NCBI GenBank assembly: GCA_026645775.1
Contig: JAPKMS010000112.1
Coordinates: 1-54,861, forward strand
DNA from: Anaerolineae bacterium
GTDB taxonomy: Bacteria; Chloroflexota; Anaerolineae; CG2-30-64-16
Direction: 5' to 3'
DNA: 54,861 bases
Shown here one piece after another: positions 51,381 through 54,861 of this stretch (position 1 is the stretch's first letter; each line of letters begins with the position of its first letter). Under the pieces are notes generated by a model. That model was given only the letters and a program-made list of their open reading frames with translations, had not been told where the DNA came from and did not search any database. Made by a program: the position numbers and the translations under genes.

Positions 51381-53942
51381 TTAGCTCGTAGCCAACTGCA
51401 TGATCTTCTCTTGCGTCGCTTCCTCGATCGGCAGCTCGCCGGTGACCCTGCCTGCTGAGACGACGTACACCCGGTCACTCATGCCGAGAACTTCGGGCAG
51501 CTCGGACGAGATCATGATGATGCTCATGCCTTCCTGGACCAGTTTGGCCATAATCGTGTAAATCTCGTACTTGGCGCCCACATCGATGCCGCGCGTTGGT
51601 TCGTCCAGGATCAGCAGATCGGGCTTGACAAACAGCCACTTGGCAATGCAGACCTTCTGCTGGTTGCCGCCGCTGAGGTTCCCCACCTTCTGCTCGATGC
51701 TCGGCGTCTTGATGTTGAGCGAACGCCGGTATTCCTCCGCGATCTTGATCTCGGCATTGCTATCAACGACACCGCGCCGGGCGATTTCCTGCAAGTTCGC
51801 CAGCGTCGTGTTCTGCTTGATGTCCTGGATCAGAATCAGGCCGGCAGCCTTGCGGTCTTCGGTCGCGTAGGCCATGCCTGCAGCGATGGCGTCATGTGGA
51901 TGGCTGAAGTGCTGCTGCTTGCCGCTGACCCACATTTCACCTTCGGTCCGGTAAGCTTTTGAATTGCCAAACAGGCTCAGGGCCAACTCGGTCCGCCCGG
52001 ATCCCATTAAGCCCGCAATGCCGACGATCTCGCCCTTCCTGACGGTGAAGTTCACATCGTGGAGGATATCCCGACCCAATGCAGGATCGAAGGCGTTCCA
52101 GTTCTTGACCTCGAGCACGATCTCCCCGCCGCCCTGTGGGCAGATGATGAGAACTTTGATGCCCTTGCCTAACAGCGCTTTGACGTTCGCTTTCTCTTTG
52201 GCCGCGTCGCCCTGGCTGAAAAGGATTTCGACGTTGTAGCCGGCCGCTCGGAAGGCATCTTGAAAGCGTTTTTGATCCTGGATCCAGCGCGGTTCATCCT
52301 GGGTTGGGAGGACGACGCCCACGACGGGATTGCCCGACGGCGCAGGCGCACGGGAAGCACTGGCCTCGCTCGCGCCGGCGTAGTAACCGGAGTCGATCAG
52401 GGTTGCTTTGACATTCGCCTTGTCTACGGAGACGACCGCCGACTGAAGCGCGGGGACGTCAAGCGCACCATTGTTGTAACTGCCGTTCACCGCAGGAGCC
52501 TGGCCCTTGAGCAGCGCTACGGCAGCGTCGACGGCGGTCTGCACTAGGGTGCGGACGTCTTTGAAGACGGTCATGGACTGCTTGCCGTCCAGGATGGCGC
52601 GGGCGGAAGCTTCCTCAGCGTCCATGCCGGTGATCAGGCAGCTCTTCACATCCTGATCGGCAGCGAACACCTCAGCAATCGTGCGCGCGGTGTTATCGTT
52701 GGGGGCGAGGACAAAGACGTGGCCTTTATCGGCCGCGCTGACCAGGGCCAGATTGGACTGCGCCAAGTTCCGGGCCGTGCGGGGGTCCCAGTTGGTGGTG
52801 ACCTGGCGAATAATCGCGTTCTGCTGCTCGCGCGTCAGGACGGCGTTCCCCTGGAGGCTGACAGCCTGGCTTGAGTTCTTAATGACGAAAGTGCCGTCGG
52901 CGATCTTGGGTTGAAGAACACCCCACGCGCCCCCTAAGAGATAGAAAGAGTTGTTGTCAGTTGAGGCGCCAGCATAGAGATACAGCGGATTGCCTTTGCC
53001 CGTCGCATGGTTGACCAGATACTGCGCCTGCTGTGCTCCGACGGCGGGGCTGTCAAAGGTCACGTAGTAGTCCACCGCCTTGGTGTCGGTGATCAGCCGG
53101 TCATACGCGATGACCTTCACGCCGGCCGCTTGGGCTTCCTCCACGACCGCGGCCGCGGCCCGGAACGGGCTGCGTTGGCGTTGCGGGTAGATATTGTTGA
53201 TTTCGCGGCCGACCATGTGCTTGATCAGCACAGGTTCGGTCACTTGGCCCTTGTGAGCATCCAGTGTGGTAATCGTCTGGCCGTCGCGCAGGACTGTGAC
53301 GGTATCTGCAATGGCGATGACTTCCTTCAGCTTGTGCGAAATCATCACGCACGAGACGCCGTGCTCTTTCAGATCACGGATCAAGTTCAACAGGTTTTCG
53401 CTGTCGTCCTCGTTTAAGGCGGCGGTCGGCTCATCCAGGATGAGCAATTTCACATCCTTGCTCAGCGCCTTGGCAATCTCGATCAGTTGCTGCTTGCCCA
53501 CGCCCAGATCTTTGACCTTCGTCTCCGGGTTGACGTTGAGTCTGACTCTCTTGAGCGCTTCGGTCGCCCGCTTGATGGTCTCATTCCAGTCAACGATGAA
53601 GCCTCTTTTGATTTCATTGCCGAGAAAAATATTCTCGTAGACCGTCATTTCGGGGACGAGCGCTAACTCTTGATAGATGATGGCGATGCCGACCTTCTCG
53701 CTGTCGGCGATACCCGAGAATTTCTGCACTTGCCCATTGAAAAGAATGTCCCCGTCGTAGGTACCATGCGGATAGACCCCGCTGAGGACCTTCATAAGGG
53801 TCGACTTGCCGGCGCCATTTTCGCCCACGAGGCAGTGGATCTCACCCGCGGCGACTTGAAAGCTCACGTTGCTCAAGGCTTTCACGCCGGGGAAAGTCTT
53901 GGTGATGTTCTTCATCTCTAGGATGGGTGGTTGTTCAGGCAT
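51381..53942 (-). CDS. Sugar ABC transporter ATPase (two NBDs, MglA/XylG/GguA-like) carrying an in-frame, circularly permuted type-I substrate-binding-protein domain between the NBDs
   Basis: NBD1 has GENGAGKST and LLILDEPTAAL. NBD2 has GLMGSGRTEL, LSGGNQQKV and LLILDEPTRGID. Residues ~260-603 (nt 52134-53165) are homologous to the neighbouring binding protein, in the order C-part, linker, N-part. Confidence 0.85.
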   Translation of the reverse strand: MPEQPPILEMKNITKTFPGVKALSNVSFQVAAGEIHCLVGENGAGKSTLMKVLSGVYPHGTYDGDILFNGQVQKFSGIADSEKVGIAIIYQELALVPEMTVYENIFLGNEIKRGFIVDWNETIKRATEALKRVRLNVNPETKVKDLGVGKQQLIEIAKALSKDVKLLILDEPTAALNEDDSENLLNLIRDLKEHGVSCVMISHKLKEVIAIADTVTVLRDGQTITTLDAHKGQVTEPVLIKHMVGREINNIYPQRQRSPFRAAAAVVEEAQAAGVKVIAYDRLITDTKAVDYYVTFDSPAVGAQQAQYLVNHATGKGNPLYLYAGASTDNNSFYLLGGAWGVLQPKIADGTFVIKNSSQAVSLQGNAVLTREQQNAIIRQVTTNWDPRTARNLAQSNLALVSAADKGHVFVLAPNDNTARTIAEVFAADQDVKSCLITGMDAEEASARAILDGKQSMTVFKDVRTLVQTAVDAAVALLKGQAPAVNGSYNNGALDVPALQSAVVSVDKANVKATLIDSGYYAGASEASASRAPAPSGNPVVGVVLPTQDEPRWIQDQKRFQDAFRAAGYNVEILFSQGDAAKEKANVKALLGKGIKVLIICPQGGGEIVLEVKNWNAFDPALGRDILHDVNFTVRKGEIVGIAGLMGSGRTELALSLFGNSKAYRTEGEMWVSGKQQHFSHPHDAIAAGMAYATEDRKAAGLILIQDIKQNTTLANLQEIARRGVVDSNAEIKIAEEYRRSLNIKTPSIEQKVGNLSGGNQQKVCIAKWLFVKPDLLILDEPTRGIDVGAKYEIYTIMAKLVQEGMSIIMISSELPEVLGMSDRVYVVSAGRVTGELPIEEATQEKIMQLATS

Positions 53943-53998
53943 GGCGCTAACTCCTGACGAAGTGAAGCATGCGGGGAACCAGCTACGTCCCTATTCCA

Positions 53999-54120
53999 CT
54001 ACGGCTGGTTTGCTTACGCAAGCAAACCAGCCGTAGATTTGCGTTCGCAAAGACCCTGCCTGTGAAGGGTCGCGCCCCCTCTCCCGTTATCCTTCGCTAC
54101 GTGAAGGCCAGGAGAGGGGG
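53999..54120 (-). repeat. Two strong stem-loops between the binding-protein gene and the ATPase gene
   Basis: CTACGGCTGGTTTGCTT-ACGC-AAGCAAACCAGCCGTAG (53999-54036, 17 bp perfect). CCCCCTCTCC...GGAGAGGGGG (54075-54120), with an inner CCTTC/GAAGG pair. Confidence 0.5.
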
Positions 54121-54132
54121 CAGGAGGGTCTG

Positions 54133-54861
54133 TTATTGCAAGCCCGTGAAGTCGCCAGCCTGGTAATAGCCGGAGTCAACCAAGGCCGCTTTGACGTTTT
54201 CCTTGGTGACGGTGACAATGGCGGACGGCTTCGCCGGCACATCGATCTTGCCGTTATTGTAGGTTGTCGTCTTCTCCGGGGTCTGACCGGCGAGGAAGGC
54301 GTTGGCCGCGGCGACGGCATCGGCCGCCAGAGTGCGGACATCCTTGAAGACGGTCATCGACTGCTTGCCGTCGATGATGTACTGCACGGAGGCCTTCTCG
54401 GCGTCCTGGCCGGTGATGAAGTACTTCGTGACATCCTTGTCGGTGCCGAAGACATCGGCGATGGCACGGGCGGTGCCGTCGTTGGGGCCGAGGATGTAGA
54501 CGGTGCCCTTATCGGCCGTGGTGGCCGTGGTCAGGTTGGCCTCGGCGATGCTCTTGGCAGCGTTGAAGTCCCAGTTCGTGGTGACCTGGCCGATGATCTT
54601 GGCTTCTTCATCGCGGGTCAGCGTAGCCTTGCCCTGCAGGGTGATGGCCTCGGGGGAGTTCTTGATGACGAAGGTGCCATCGGCGATCTTGGGCTGGATT
54701 TTTTCCCAGGCGCCTTCGAAGAAGATGAAGGCGTTGTTGTCGGTGGCTGCGCCGGCGTACAGATAGAGCGGATTGCCCTTGGTGTCCCCGGCCTGCTTGA
54801 TCAGGTATTCGCTCCAGGCGGCGCCCACGGCCATGCTGTCGAAGGTGACGTAGTAATCGAC
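54133..54861 (-). CDS. Sugar ABC transporter substrate-binding protein (ChvE/MmsA-like), 5' end outside the window
   Basis: Open to the window edge: VDYYVTFDSMAVGAAWSEYL...GNPLYLYAGAATDNNA...FVIKNS...VTTNWD...GPNDGTARAI...DGKQSMTVFKDVRTLA...LVDSGYYQAGDFTGLQ*. Confidence 0.85.
   Translation of the reverse strand, partial: VDYYVTFDSMAVGAAWSEYLIKQAGDTKGNPLYLYAGAATDNNAFIFFEGAWEKIQPKIADGTFVIKNSPEAITLQGKATLTRDEEAKIIGQVTTNWDFNAAKSIAEANLTTATTADKGTVYILGPNDGTARAIADVFGTDKDVTKYFITGQDAEKASVQYIIDGKQSMTVFKDVRTLAADAVAAANAFLAGQTPEKTTTYNNGKIDVPAKPSAIVTVTKENVKAALVDSGYYQAGDFTGLQ

Overview
This is a visibly GC-rich bacterial chromosomal window. It is densely coded, and I found no rRNA, tRNA or CRISPR array. The gene content (CHAT/STAND/TPR protein, giant FG-GAP protein, multihaem cytochromes) weakly suggests a filamentous Chloroflexota-like organism. 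That taxonomic guess is low-confidence inference.

Content from left to right:
1. 0.5-3.8 kb, minus strand: a PadR-headed operon with a NifX-like protein, an Mrp/ApbC Fe-S carrier ATPase and MoeA.
2. 3.9-17.1 kb, plus strand: a large redox island. It holds two paralogous dihaem cytochrome c lipoproteins, XRE-cupin and HTH-PocR regulators, and a trihaem cytochrome. A split YeeE/YedE sulfur/selenium transporter follows, and its second gene carries an in-frame TGA at the conserved Cys. Next come a PsrABC-type molybdopterin oxidoreductase, FmdE, a TorD-like chaperone, Rieske protein, cytochrome b and a roughly 9-haem cytochrome. The island ends at an IS630-like transposase scar.
3. 17.2-22.0 kb, minus strand: an unusual two-gene operon. 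The first gene is a full-length RelA/SpoT homologue with eroded catalytic motifs, fused to a STAND-type ATPase. It is translationally coupled to a second STAND-type ATPase that ends in an OmpR-type winged helix.
4. 22-27.7 kb: a Nudix-like protein, a secreted thermonuclease-SH3, a DUF333 lipoprotein, FeoB and a Fur-FeoA fusion.
5. 27.9-37.6 kb, minus strand: a 2040-aa FG-GAP/HExxH surface protein directly downstream of a CHAT-NB-ARC-TPR protein.
6. 38-45.9 kb, plus strand: a tungsten/molybdenum enzyme cluster. It holds a radical SAM/SPASM maturase, a ModE-like regulator, aldehyde:ferredoxin oxidoreductase behind a long attenuator-bearing leader, a MoaD-like protein and a three-subunit xanthine-dehydrogenase-family enzyme.
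7. 46-54.9 kb: an S8 protease, MscS, an L,D-transpeptidase and a sugar ABC transporter. The transporter's ATPase gene contains an in-frame, circularly permuted substrate-binding-protein domain between its two nucleotide-binding domains.

Most worth follow-up: the RSH-STAND operon, the UGA-containing YedE, the permuted binding-protein insertion, and the CHAT-STAND plus giant FG-GAP pair. All family calls come from motif recognition by eye. No database search was run.
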